Below are positions 35,934 to 46,158 of a DNA stretch of 64,000 bases, piece by piece. The stretch's first letter is position 1. Each line of letters begins with the position of its first letter. Origin of the DNA: an uncultured Burkholderiales bacterium (GTDB lineage: Bacteria; Pseudomonadota; Gammaproteobacteria; Burkholderiales; Eutrophovitaceae); the NCBI GenBank assembly GCA_963925895.1, contig CAWUVH010000007.1, forward strand, positions 7,957 through 71,956, given 5' to 3'. Below the pieces are notes generated by a model. The model was not told where the DNA came from and ran no database searches. It saw nothing but the letters and a program-made list of their open reading frames with translations. The translations under genes and the position numbers were made by a program.

Positions 35934-37946
35934 TCAGAATTCGAAGTATTGATCTTTGATGGGCCACTGCCCCTTATGGGTCCTCCCCGTTTTGCTGACC
36001 GACAGCCAAGAGTACTTCCCATAATGACGGGCGCGCCTAATGAGCAGTGCTAGCTTCTCTTCCGTCACGGATGCGGTGATGCCAATCATTAAGGTAGGGG
36101 TATCTGAGATGTTTGTCGATACCATGAGAAATTCCGAATCCACCTTGTCGGCTAACTCATCAAAGTCTATTGCGCCACCCAATTTATTAAGGCGTTCAAT
36201 AATTTCATGAACCCCCCCGAAAACGATCGTGATGTTGTTTTCCTGATTGTTAAATTTATAACGATGTTTCTCTTTTATTTGATGCTCAAGGAAATGACTT
36301 GATATTAGTTCTGAGCCATCAATAATATTTGGATCTAATTGGATATAGATGGGGTGTTTTGCAACTACAAAATCACGTAGAGTACTTACTCTCTCATGAG
36401 GGTATAGCTCTCGCCAAACATTAAAATTAGGATCTACTTTGACGCGAAGAGAGTCATGTTTAATATCGGGCAGATTCAGTTTCGTCGACCTGTCGGTTAT
36501 GAGCGACGTGTGGCTGTGTGTCTGCTCTTGTGATGAGATCTCAACATCCAGAGCAAAGATCCACTCCCCGTTTTGACTGGCAGATAGTTGTGGTTTAGAT
36601 GATGCGTCGTGGCCTAACTCTATACGAATCCTTGGTGCGCCCACAGTTGGAATCCATGCGTCGAAAAATGTTGTCAGATCGATTGAGGTGTGTTTTTGAC
36701 AAGTATCTCGAATGTCATGAAAGCCTGCTGAGTCAAATTGGTACTGGAGCCAGAATTCTTGAAGACAGGTTATGAATTGAGAATCTCCGATTAGGTTCCT
36801 CAACATGTGAAAAACCATTGCACTTTTTCCGTAGCCTATAGTTGATGATGCCGTGTGATACCTTGAGGTGAAGTTATGAAGAGATCGTTCATCCTCATTA
36901 GAGATCGATGTGTAGTCCCTGAGCCACCCATAGCGCATCTCCTTGGCAAGTTCTTTATTGGTTAGCTCAGTTTGCCAATAATCCGCTAAATACGTAGTGA
37001 GTCCCTCTGACCAATTGCCTGAAGGGTACGTCGGTTGAATGCCGTTACCCCACCAGTTGTGGACTATCTCATGCGGCAATGAACGATTTTTGATAAACGG
37101 ATACTTTAATATTTTCTCGCTCAAATACGTTAAAGAAGGCATACCTAGTCCTGTTGGAAAGGGGCTGGATACAACAGTAAAGCTGGAGTAAGGATAGGGA
37201 CCAATGAGCTTCTCGTAAAAGTTTATGTAACGTTCACAAAGTGTCAAATATTCCTCGGATAAATTGCGATTTCCTTCGTTAAAGTAGGTTTGAATAGTAA
37301 TTTCTTTGTTCAGCCCAGATATCACTTTTTTGTTGACAACCCAAGCGCCTATCATCAAGTCTATTCCGACGATAGGTTGAGGCATGTCAAATACGCTGAA
37401 TTGATAACGGTCTTGTTCTCTTCGCTCAGCTTGTAAGCCGGGCGCAATTGCTAATAACCCTCGTGCTGTTTTAACTGTCAGATGCGTCGTGCTGGCTTTG
37501 TTGAAAAATGGATACCAAATTCTACTGCCAGGTAAGAAAGCTCCTGAGGCGCTTCCTGACCAATCTACGCGACCAGACATGTCAGCCATTACGCCTGGTT
37601 CGTTTGATTCAGGCAGCATTAAGGAATACTTGATTGTTACAGAGGTTTCTCTCTGTCCGTTATTGAGAGAGAAGATGTGCGTGTCAATTGATTGGGATAC
37701 TGCGACTGCGAGAGGGCGTGCTGTATCTACAGAATGTAGCGTTACATCTTTTGATAAAAAGAATTTTGGTGAGTGTGGTGAAAGGTTGGTTGTGGCTTGG
37801 ATGTGTACTTGTCTCGTATGTTCCTCATATGTGATATCAAGGACTACGTGAGGTACTTCAGTTGCAAGAACTTGTAATGAGCTGCATCCAAGGGTTAAGG
37901 TTAAGAACCAAACGCCTAGGTCTAGGCGAATTCGAGAAAATTTCAT
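35934..37946 (-). CDS. Secreted M1-family zinc metallopeptidase (aminopeptidase N-like)
   Basis: HEIVHNWWGN followed by WSEGLTTY (HExxH-x18-E gluzincin signature). N-terminal signal with possible lipobox LTLGC. Confidence 0.8.
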   Translation of the reverse strand: MKFSRIRLDLGVWFLTLTLGCSSLQVLATEVPHVVLDITYEEHTRQVHIQATTNLSPHSPKFFLSKDVTLHSVDTARPLAVAVSQSIDTHIFSLNNGQRETSVTIKYSLMLPESNEPGVMADMSGRVDWSGSASGAFLPGSRIWYPFFNKASTTHLTVKTARGLLAIAPGLQAERREQDRYQFSVFDMPQPIVGIDLMIGAWVVNKKVISGLNKEITIQTYFNEGNRNLSEEYLTLCERYINFYEKLIGPYPYSSFTVVSSPFPTGLGMPSLTYLSEKILKYPFIKNRSLPHEIVHNWWGNGIQPTYPSGNWSEGLTTYLADYWQTELTNKELAKEMRYGWLRDYTSISNEDERSLHNFTSRYHTASSTIGYGKSAMVFHMLRNLIGDSQFITCLQEFWLQYQFDSAGFHDIRDTCQKHTSIDLTTFFDAWIPTVGAPRIRIELGHDASSKPQLSASQNGEWIFALDVEISSQEQTHSHTSLITDRSTKLNLPDIKHDSLRVKVDPNFNVWRELYPHERVSTLRDFVVAKHPIYIQLDPNIIDGSELISSHFLEHQIKEKHRYKFNNQENNITIVFGGVHEIIERLNKLGGAIDFDELADKVDSEFLMVSTNISDTPTLMIGITASVTEEKLALLIRRARHYGKYSWLSVSKTGRTHKGQWPIKDQYFEF

Positions 37947-39127
37947 TTGATGACTATCAAGGGTATTTTAGCGATGAGATCTAAGGGTTGATCATTACGT
38001 TTGATTCTAATTGGTAACCAGTAACCCGCCGCTTGGTTTTGGATCAGCGCAATCAATTCAGCGCTTGTCGAGACGGCTTGGCCAGCAACTTCAACAATGA
38101 TGTCGTTCGTTTGAAGTCCTGATTGGGCTGCGATACTGTTGACTAGTACATCGCCTACTACTATTCCATTGTCACTATCGATTAATAAAATTCCTAGTTT
38201 ATGTTTTTTACTTTCCATGGAGATCTTTGGCGTTATGAATATGGCATCCGCAATTAAATTGCCATCTTGGTCAGTTAGATCTAACGAAGTACATGGTTCT
38301 CCGGCCGCTGTTGGAATCCAGGTCAAGATGTTAAAGTCATCAATCGAATTCAGTTGGTGTTCTACCCCGTAGCCGTATGTTAAGTGTCCTGATCCGAGAA
38401 TTCCAACGACTACGCGAGAGGTATCTTTCTTCGCCTTTACTAACCTTTCCGCGAAAGCTCGATCCCACGTCAACTGAGCTTCTATGAAGTAATCCAGTTG
38501 TTTTTCATCACTGCCCTCATGTTGGTGAAAAACGTCTGTAAGTGCTGCGCGATACCTTGAAGAGGCAGGAGCGGGCTCTGAGATGCCTCGATCCGTCTTT
38601 GCGCTATTTGCATGCCACCCATTCGTAGATACTTCCGATATAAGTTCTCTCGATATGTTTAGTGCATACAATGGGACTTGGTTGTCCCTAGCGAAGTTTA
38701 ATATTGGCGCATATAGCTCGACATCAAAGCGCCACAAGTCATACCAATTTGACTGTGACAAAAATTCTTTTAATGTTAATTCTCCGTTAACCCAGGCATC
38801 TAACGTGGGTTGGCTCGCGCGCGGCAGCATTTCCAGGCCAATTGCAATGTGATCTTTGTGGGAGAGTAAAGCTGAGAGCATTTGAGTTTGCCAACGATGG
38901 TGCGGGGCTGAGTCATGTTGCTCACCTAACAAAATGAAATCCATGTCTTCGGTGCTGCTGATGACAGATGAATGCTTGACGGGGAATAAATCCGGGTCAT
39001 CTGGAATAACCCAAGTTCCTGGGGTGTTACATGAGACGTCAAGATCAATAGACCAAGCTTCAGATAGAGATAAGGAACTGACGATTAAAACTGTTAATAA
39101 AATCCCTGATATAGAAAAAGCCTGCAT
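37943..39127 (-). CDS. Secreted ChaN/Tiki-superfamily (DUF399, haem-binding-uptake-like) domain fused to a C-terminal PDZ domain
   Basis: Signal peptide. ChaN block ILLGEQHDSAPHHRWQ and ILGSGHLTYGYG. The C-terminal GILLID..NGIVVGDVL.NS.A..SGLQ.NDIIVEVAG is PDZ-like. ATGA overlap with the M1 peptidase gene. Confidence 0.65.
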   Translation of the reverse strand: MQAFSISGILLTVLIVSSLSLSEAWSIDLDVSCNTPGTWVIPDDPDLFPVKHSSVISSTEDMDFILLGEQHDSAPHHRWQTQMLSALLSHKDHIAIGLEMLPRASQPTLDAWVNGELTLKEFLSQSNWYDLWRFDVELYAPILNFARDNQVPLYALNISRELISEVSTNGWHANSAKTDRGISEPAPASSRYRAALTDVFHQHEGSDEKQLDYFIEAQLTWDRAFAERLVKAKKDTSRVVVGILGSGHLTYGYGVEHQLNSIDDFNILTWIPTAAGEPCTSLDLTDQDGNLIADAIFITPKISMESKKHKLGILLIDSDNGIVVGDVLVNSIAAQSGLQTNDIIVEVAGQAVSTSAELIALIQNQAAGYWLPIRIKRNDQPLDLIAKIPLIVIK

Positions 39128-39214
39128 GATGTTATAGCCTTTTTTGCGCGCTAGAAATAGTGGTTTTTGTGTATGCTCTTGTTTTTGAGGTGATTCAGTG
39201 ATTTAAGTTCGCGT

Positions 39215-39709
39215 TTATTCTGTTGGATCAGTTGGGGTTGTTGATTTAAGCACTCCGGACTCCCTAGCATTAATCTTTTCATGTATAAAATCTCGATGAG
39301 CTACATACAATAAATCCGATATTTTTCGAATGATATGGTCCTCATTTGGGTCAACGTAATTATCAGAATGAGCCACTGACCACATGGCTTTTATAAGCGC
39401 GCACTTTTGCCCATACGAGAATTGCTCGTTAATGATTTTTGCAAGTGGATGGTATGCGGTGGGCCGATTTTGGGGTTGTGATGCTTCAATTAAAAGTTGA
39501 TCGGCCTCTGCTTTACTGATTCTAATGAGATGTCGCAGTGATTCTGCAGCTATCTCTAAATCTTTATTTGTTACGTCAGCATCAACTCGAGCGGCTTCGT
39601 AGAGTAGAGAAGCCAGTGCGCGACTAATGTCAGTTGGCGCCAAGTTATCATTGGAGTTCGTTGATCTCGAATCAAGTAATCGAGAAATTCTTTTAATAAA
39701 TTGCATCAT
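39215..39709 (-). CDS. TerB-family (tellurite-resistance TerB/DjlA-N-like) protein
   Basis: The 164-aa helical protein has LLYEAARVDADV...E and MW.VAHSDN.VDP.EDHIIRKISDLL, typical of TerB-domain proteins. Confidence 0.65.
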   Translation of the reverse strand: MMQFIKRISRLLDSRSTNSNDNLAPTDISRALASLLYEAARVDADVTNKDLEIAAESLRHLIRISKAEADQLLIEASQPQNRPTAYHPLAKIINEQFSYGQKCALIKAMWSVAHSDNYVDPNEDHIIRKISDLLYVAHRDFIHEKINARESGVLKSTTPTDPTE

Positions 39710-39818
39710 ATTTAATCAACTTTTTCGTTTGAGTTTTTTAAACCTATTTCTTTAACATTAGTCTATCTTACAGTCTGTTCAATAAATTTAATTTGGAGCT
39801 TCTAGTAAATAATTTAGC

Positions 39819-42800
39819 ATGAAAAAACATATCAAAATTAGAGGGGCAACTCAAAATAATCTTAAGAATATTGATCTAGATTTGCCTCTGGGAGAAGTGA
39901 TTGCGGTCACTGGATTGTCTGGGTCAGGTAAGTCTTCCCTTGTTTTTGATACGCTCTATGCGGAAGGTCAAAGACGGTATGTGGAGACTTTCTCGTCTTA
40001 TGCCAGACAATTTCTCGATCGAATGGATCGTCCGTCGGTTGCGAGTATCGAGGGTATTCCTCCAGCTATCGCTATTCACCAAGTTAACTCAGTTAAGACA
40101 TCGCGTTCTACCGTTGGCACGATGACCGAATTGGCCGATTACTTGAAGTTACTGTTTGCTAAATACGCAAGCCTCTATTGCCGAAGCTGTACGCAACCTA
40201 TTGAGATTGATGATGTCGACAGCATTATTATTGTGCTTCGTGATAAGGGGTGGAGTCGAGTTGTGGTATCCGCGCCAGTTATGGTCCCGGATAATTTTAC
40301 GAGAGAAGAGATAGAGGGGTATCTGAAAGCGCAGGGATATGACCGTTTCATTGAATTGATGGGGCAAACACATGTGATTATTGATCGTTTTGATATCAAT
40401 CGTGTCGAAGATACGAGGGTGAGAGAGGGGCTAGAGGCAGCATTCCGGATAGGACAAGGTAAATGCTCAGCCACACTTCACGCAAAGGGGGAAGCGCCAG
40501 GTGTCCCCTTAACTTTTAGTAATCGTTTTCATTGTGCTGGCTGTGATATCGATTACTCGCCGCCGAGCCCGGGACTTTTCTCGTTCAATTCGCCCGTTGG
40601 TGCTTGCTCGACCTGTCGTGGATTTGGTCGCGTGATTGGTGTGGACATGGATTCTGTTGTTGTAGACCCTAAACTATCTCTTTCTGAGGGCGTGATACGA
40701 CCATGGCAGACAGATAGTTATTCCGGGTCTCAAGATGACCTCATCGAATACGCGCAGCGACAAGGTGTGCCTCTGAATATGCCTTGGTGTGAGATGTCCG
40801 ATACGCACAAACAATGGGTTTTAGAGGGAGAGCCAGAATGGGTCAGTTGGCGCAAGTCGTGGCCCAAATATTGGTATGGGGTCAGACACTTTTTTGATTG
40901 GCTCGAGACAAAAGCATACAAAATGCACATTCGAGTGCTCCTCGCGAAGTACCGTTCATATTCGTCTTGTCCAGCTTGTCATGGGAGTCGTTTAAAACCC
41001 AATGCCCTGCTTTGGCGAATCGGTTTTGCTAAGAGCTCGGTGAATCTTTTTGAACATCCAGAGCTGGATTGGACTCTAGAGCAATTGAAATCAATCAAGG
41101 GGTTATCAATACATCAGTTGAATACCTTACCTATTTGGGATTTAAAGCGATTTATCAATGAAGAAAAAGAAAGCTGGCAAAGAGGCCGCAAAGATGAATC
41201 AAGCCAGTTGGTTCTCGATCAAATCATATCCAGATTAGAGTTCCTTGAAGAGGTGGGTTTGGGTTACTTGACGCTGGATAGACAGTCTAGAACGCTATCA
41301 GGAGGTGAGACCCAACGGCTAAATTTGGCGACAGCGTTAGGCGCGTCTCTGACTCAAACTTTGTTTTTGCTGGATGAGCCGTCCATTGGTTTGCACCCTA
41401 GAGATGTGGATAGAATTATCACTGTAATTCAGAGGCTTAGAAACAATGGCAATACGATCGTAGTTGTTGAGCACGATCCACAAATCATACGATCTGCTGG
41501 TTTTTTGCTCGATATCGGGCCAGGAGCAGGAGAGGGTGGTGGCCATGTTGAGTTTTTTGGACGTAGCCGGGACCTTACGTCAAGCTCTGGGCTTACGGCT
41601 CAATATCTCTTGGGTGAGCGGACAATCGGTGACTCGGTAGAAGGAAAGCCAATTAAATCGTCTCAAACGCAGTGGCTGAGCGTTTTAGGTGCTTGCCGTA
41701 ATAATCTTAAGCATATTGATGTGGATATTCCGCTTGGGCATCTGGTCGCTATTACAGGAGTCTCCGGATCTGGAAAGTCGACTCTCGTAGAGGACACCCT
41801 ATTTAGGGAGATGACCCGAAATTTAACAGGTCGGGGGATTGCTGATGATGGTTTACGCGGTTTTAGTAATTTACATCTCATTGACCGCGTGATCATGCTT
41901 GATCAAAGACCAATTGGTAAATCGTCACGTTCTAATCCATTGAGTTACGTCGGTGCTCTCGATCCTATTCGAGACATCTTCGCAGCCTCCGCAGGCGCAC
42001 GCCAAGGTAAATATGACAAGAGCTATTTCAGTTTTAATGCGGGCAAAGGGCGGTGTCAAACTTGTTTGGGTAGTGGATTCGAACTGGTAGAGATGCAGTT
42101 TCTATCCGATGTATATCTGCGCTGTAACGAATGTGATGGTAAGAGATATGGCTCGGATATTTTGAAGATTGAGATCGATTTACCAACCGTAGGTATGGTG
42201 AATATTGACGATGTTCTAAACCTAACAATATCTGAGGCAATTCAGACCTTTAACCAGGTGCCAAAAGTGTGTCGCAAGTTACAGCCGCTAATTGATGTCG
42301 GCCTGGGCTACCTGAGACTTGGACAACCTGTGCCGACGCTATCTGGGGGGGAGGCTCAGAGGCTAAAACTTGCCAGTTATATCTCTGAAGCTTCAAGCCA
42401 GTCGGTTGATAAAACACTTTTTTTACTCGATGAACCAACAACTGGACTTCACTTTCATGATATCCAAAAATTACTGCTGGCACTGCGAGCACTCGTAAAC
42501 CTTGGGGCTTCGGTAGTTATGGTGGAGCATAATCTCGACTTGATTGCAGCCTCTGATTGGATTGTCGACTTAGGTCCAGAGGGTGGGGATGGGGGTGGTC
42601 AGGTCGTCTCATTCGGTGCGCCTGAGGATGTATGTGCAGATCCATCGTCTTTAACAGGGCGTGAGTTAAGTCGTGAAGATAGCAGAGCAAGCTACGAGCA
42701 GATGAATAGACAGATCACTCTGGATGAAAAAGCTCGCGACTCATTTCCAAGTGCGATCTCAATCAGGAATGCCAGAGAAAATAACTTGAAAAATATTAGC

Positions 42801-45386
42801 TTAGATATTCCTCACGAAAAATTGACAGTGATCACCGGTCTTAGTGGCAGCGGGAAATCCTCTTTAGCGTTTGACATTATTTACGGTGAAGGTCAGAGAC
42901 GTTATTTGGAGTCGTTGAATGCCTACGCTAGGCAATTTATCCAAGTAGGGAAAAAGCCCGATGTGGACGCGGTGTATGGTATTCCTCCAGCAGTAGCCAT
43001 TGAGCAACGTACCAGTCGAGGTGGGATTAAAAGTACTGTGGGAACGGTAACAGAGACGTACCATTATTTACGCTTATTGATGTCCAAGATCGGTGATCAA
43101 TTTTGTCCTGATTGTCAGGTGAAAATCAAGCCGCAAACACGGACCGCAATTGTAGATCGCCTCTTACAAGATTATACCGGTCGCCATATTGGTTTTTTAT
43201 CACCTTTGGTTCGTGCAAGAAAGGGTGTGTATAAGGAGTTGGCTGAGACTTATCGAAAGAAAGGTTTTGCACACCTATTGGTTGATAACGTTTTTGTGGC
43301 GACAGGTGATTTTCCAGCCTTAGATAGATATGTGGAACATACTATTGAGCTTCCAGTCGCTAGTATTAATGTGTCTGATTCTCTGCGTGTTGAGTTGATG
43401 GATATTGTTGAGTCAGCTTTGAATTATGGAGATGGATTTTTTCATGTCATCTCTGATATTGATACCTTGTTAGAAGGTGGTGCTTTTGGCCAGGAAAGTT
43501 TTTCCATTAAGCGCGCCTGCCCTTCTTGCCAAAAATCATTCGATGAGCTTGATCCGCGTCTATTTTCCTTTAATTCAAAATATGGATGGTGTGAGCCTTG
43601 TCAGGGAACAGGTCAGTTCCAAGATGTAAAGATAAGTGTTGTAAGGCATCTCAAGGATGAAATTGAGGCGGAAGCTGAGAGAGCTAAACATACGCACGAC
43701 CCGGCGGGTGTGATCTGCGAATCCTGTGATGGATATCGTTTGAACCAACAAGCGGTGAGTGTTTTTTGGAATGATCTTTCTATCTCGGATTTGGTTTCTA
43801 CTCCTGTGGGTTCGTTGCATCAGATACTTTTAGACATCACGCTTACCTCGCGTGAACAATTGATCGCAAAGGATTTACTTGGCGAAGTTTTGTCCCGATT
43901 AAAATTCATGACTGAGGTTGGTCTGTCTTATCTCACTTTAAATCGATCTGCCCCCACGCTCAGCGGTGGAGAGGCTCAGAGAATGCGGCTGTCAGCCCAA
44001 CTGGGTTCAAACTTAAGAGGTGCTGTCTATGTTCTAGATGAACCTACGATTGGTCTTCACCCGAGAGATAATGAAGCCTTACTGCGCACATTAAAAAATT
44101 TACAAAATAAGGGCAATACTCTTGTTGTTGTTGAGCACGATGAAGATACGATTATTCAGGCAGATTTTGTGGTTGATCTGGGGCCAGGAGCAGGTAGCGA
44201 AGGGGGGCACATCATTGCGTCGGGTTCGCCTGAGGAGATCATGCTTGATGCGTCTTCAATTACGGGCCAATATTTGAAATCGCCCAAGCATTACTCCCCG
44301 ACTGGAGAAAGACGTGTTGATCAATCTTCTGAATTTTTATGTATTAAATCAGCGGTACGTAACAACCTCAAAGGCGTGGATGTACGTATACCGATTGGTT
44401 GTTTGACGGTAGTAACGGGAGTCTCTGGCAGTGGTAAATCTAGTCTGATTAGAGGGGTGTTGCGTGAGAATATGGATAGACTGATGATAGAGGGTGTATC
44501 CGTCAATCATAATGCACCTTTTTCTAATTGTTCAGGTATCACTGGCTTCGAGCGTGTTTCCAAAGTCATAGAAGTAGATCAGAATCCGATCGGTAAAACA
44601 TCACGCTCATGCCCTGCAACTTATACTGGGATTTGGGATGATGTAAGAACACTTTTTGCATCCACAACCGAAGCCCGTATCCGAGGTTTTGGTGCGCCTC
44701 GGTTTTCGTTTAATACAAAGGGTGGACGATGTGAAGGTTGTGAAGGTCAAGGAATACAAAAAATAGAGATGAACTTTTTACCTGATGTGCGATCAATTTG
44801 CGAGGTTTGTGGTGGCGATCGATTTAGTAAAGACACATTACAGATTAGGTATAACAGTCATTCGATAGCCGATGTTTTAAATCTCAGCATTAAAGACGCA
44901 CTGGAGCTTTTCAGCGCTCATCCTCGTATTAAGAAAAAACTTAAATTACTCAACGAGCTTGGTTTGGGGTACTTAACACTGGGGCAGCACAGTAGTACTT
45001 TGTCTGGGGGTGAGGCTCAAAGAATTAAGCTTGTTTCGGAGCTCTCCAAGTTTAGCGTTGATGCAGAGGGCCTATTGGCCAAGAAGAGTCATGAAACAAC
45101 GCTCTTCGTTCTTGATGAACCTACTGTTGGCTTGCATATGGCCGATGTCGAAAAATTAATTGATACACTCACGCGTTTAGCGGACGTGGGTGGTACGGTT
45201 GTGGTTATTGAGCACAATATTGATCTGATCAGCAGTGCAGATTGGGTCATTGACTTAGGCCCGGAAGGGGGAGACAGTGGTGGATACCTTATGTTTGAGG
45301 GGCAGGCTGTTGATTTGGCCCAAAAAGACCATTCGGCTACAGGTCTTGCGTTAAAAAAGTTATATAAGAAATTAAAAAAATCCTAA
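39819..45386 (+). CDS. Tandem-duplicated UvrA-like ABC ATPase (two complete UvrA units in one 1855-aa polypeptide)
   Basis: Four Walker A loops: GLSGSGKS at nt 39912 and 42837, GVSGSGKS at nt 41757 and 44418. There are also four LSGGE(T/A)QR signatures and two CxxC-x19-CxxC zinc modules. Confidence 0.85.
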   Translation: MKKHIKIRGATQNNLKNIDLDLPLGEVIAVTGLSGSGKSSLVFDTLYAEGQRRYVETFSSYARQFLDRMDRPSVASIEGIPPAIAIHQVNSVKTSRSTVGTMTELADYLKLLFAKYASLYCRSCTQPIEIDDVDSIIIVLRDKGWSRVVVSAPVMVPDNFTREEIEGYLKAQGYDRFIELMGQTHVIIDRFDINRVEDTRVREGLEAAFRIGQGKCSATLHAKGEAPGVPLTFSNRFHCAGCDIDYSPPSPGLFSFNSPVGACSTCRGFGRVIGVDMDSVVVDPKLSLSEGVIRPWQTDSYSGSQDDLIEYAQRQGVPLNMPWCEMSDTHKQWVLEGEPEWVSWRKSWPKYWYGVRHFFDWLETKAYKMHIRVLLAKYRSYSSCPACHGSRLKPNALLWRIGFAKSSVNLFEHPELDWTLEQLKSIKGLSIHQLNTLPIWDLKRFINEEKESWQRGRKDESSQLVLDQIISRLEFLEEVGLGYLTLDRQSRTLSGGETQRLNLATALGASLTQTLFLLDEPSIGLHPRDVDRIITVIQRLRNNGNTIVVVEHDPQIIRSAGFLLDIGPGAGEGGGHVEFFGRSRDLTSSSGLTAQYLLGERTIGDSVEGKPIKSSQTQWLSVLGACRNNLKHIDVDIPLGHLVAITGVSGSGKSTLVEDTLFREMTRNLTGRGIADDGLRGFSNLHLIDRVIMLDQRPIGKSSRSNPLSYVGALDPIRDIFAASAGARQGKYDKSYFSFNAGKGRCQTCLGSGFELVEMQFLSDVYLRCNECDGKRYGSDILKIEIDLPTVGMVNIDDVLNLTISEAIQTFNQVPKVCRKLQPLIDVGLGYLRLGQPVPTLSGGEAQRLKLASYISEASSQSVDKTLFLLDEPTTGLHFHDIQKLLLALRALVNLGASVVMVEHNLDLIAASDWIVDLGPEGGDGGGQVVSFGAPEDVCADPSSLTGRELSREDSRASYEQMNRQITLDEKARDSFPSAISIRNARENNLKNISLDIPHEKLTVITGLSGSGKSSLAFDIIYGEGQRRYLESLNAYARQFIQVGKKPDVDAVYGIPPAVAIEQRTSRGGIKSTVGTVTETYHYLRLLMSKIGDQFCPDCQVKIKPQTRTAIVDRLLQDYTGRHIGFLSPLVRARKGVYKELAETYRKKGFAHLLVDNVFVATGDFPALDRYVEHTIELPVASINVSDSLRVELMDIVESALNYGDGFFHVISDIDTLLEGGAFGQESFSIKRACPSCQKSFDELDPRLFSFNSKYGWCEPCQGTGQFQDVKISVVRHLKDEIEAEAERAKHTHDPAGVICESCDGYRLNQQAVSVFWNDLSISDLVSTPVGSLHQILLDITLTSREQLIAKDLLGEVLSRLKFMTEVGLSYLTLNRSAPTLSGGEAQRMRLSAQLGSNLRGAVYVLDEPTIGLHPRDNEALLRTLKNLQNKGNTLVVVEHDEDTIIQADFVVDLGPGAGSEGGHIIASGSPEEIMLDASSITGQYLKSPKHYSPTGERRVDQSSEFLCIKSAVRNNLKGVDVRIPIGCLTVVTGVSGSGKSSLIRGVLRENMDRLMIEGVSVNHNAPFSNCSGITGFERVSKVIEVDQNPIGKTSRSCPATYTGIWDDVRTLFASTTEARIRGFGAPRFSFNTKGGRCEGCEGQGIQKIEMNFLPDVRSICEVCGGDRFSKDTLQIRYNSHSIADVLNLSIKDALELFSAHPRIKKKLKLLNELGLGYLTLGQHSSTLSGGEAQRIKLVSELSKFSVDAEGLLAKKSHETTLFVLDEPTVGLHMADVEKLIDTLTRLADVGGTVVVIEHNIDLISSADWVIDLGPEGGDSGGYLMFEGQAVDLAQKDHSATGLALKKLYKKLKKS

Positions 45387-45505
45387 GTCATCGGCCACTA
45401 CCGATTAACGTGCCAAACGACTTTGGATGGAATCATTTGGCACAAAAACTTGAATATACTTTTCTTACGAAAAAGTCTTAAATAATTTTGGAGAGCACAA
45501 TTGTG

Positions 45506-46102
45506 ATGAAGTTTATCAGTAGAATTTTTTTGACAGGTCTGTTTACTGCATTACCAGTGTTAGCGACTATTTATTTATTGGTTTGGCTTTTCACGACGGC
45601 CGAGTCGTTTATGGTTTACCCCTTACAAATGATTTTGCCTGATGGGACCTACGTTGCAGGTATGGGGCTGGTTGCAGGATGCCTCACGGTGTTTGTCATC
45701 GGTATCTTAATGAGGGCATATTTTATTCGATTCATTTTCAGTTTAACTGAGCGATTTTTCTTAAAAGTGCCTCTCATTAAAACAATTTACAGTGCTTTGA
45801 AGGAGTTTTTCGGACTGTTCGCTGGAGATGATAAAGGCGAGAACTTTCAGGTCGTGATGGTTGACATGCCTAATCTCGACGTGAGGCTATTAGGTTTTTT
45901 AACTCGAGAAGAGTTCTCAGATTTGCCTCCAGATATGGTTCCTGAAGGTCGTGTTGCTGTCTACCTTCCGATGAGTTACCAGATTGGTGGCTACACTATT
46001 TTTGTACCACGCTCTAGACTCACTCATGTTGATATGCCCCGTGAGCAAGCTATGCGGCTTGCAGTGACAGCAGGCATAAAGCAGTCGAAAAAAAATGATT
46101 AA
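45506..46102 (+). CDS. DUF502-family membrane protein
   Basis: N-terminal two-TM region (FLTGLFTALPVLATIYLLVWLF), then the P.IK.IY...K block. ATG 45506 is preferred over TTG 45488. Confidence 0.65.
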   Translation: MKFISRIFLTGLFTALPVLATIYLLVWLFTTAESFMVYPLQMILPDGTYVAGMGLVAGCLTVFVIGILMRAYFIRFIFSLTERFFLKVPLIKTIYSALKEFFGLFAGDDKGENFQVVMVDMPNLDVRLLGFLTREEFSDLPPDMVPEGRVAVYLPMSYQIGGYTIFVPRSRLTHVDMPREQAMRLAVTAGIKQSKKND

Positions 46103-46112
46103 TGTGTGACTC

Positions 46113-46144
46113 AAAAAAAAGGCTCCTATCAGGAGCCTTTTTTT
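46113..46144. terminator. Bidirectional rho-independent terminator
   Basis: A8-GGCTCCT-atc-AGGAGCC-T7, lying between convergent genes. Confidence 0.85.
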
Positions 46145-46158
46145 GTTGTTTATTTTCC

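Noticed and set aside
39770-39778. ACAGTCTGT upstream of the UvrA-like gene considered as a LexA/SOS box
   Set aside because: The SOS box requires CTGT-n8-ACAG. Here the half-sites are in the opposite order and directly abutting, so this is not an SOS operator.
45410-45443. Inverted repeat GTGCCAAA-n18-TTTGGCAC after the UvrA-like gene as a terminator
   Set aside because: It has a large 18-nt loop, an AT-poor stem and no following T-run on either strand. It does not fit an intrinsic terminator, though it may still be a minor RNA hairpin.
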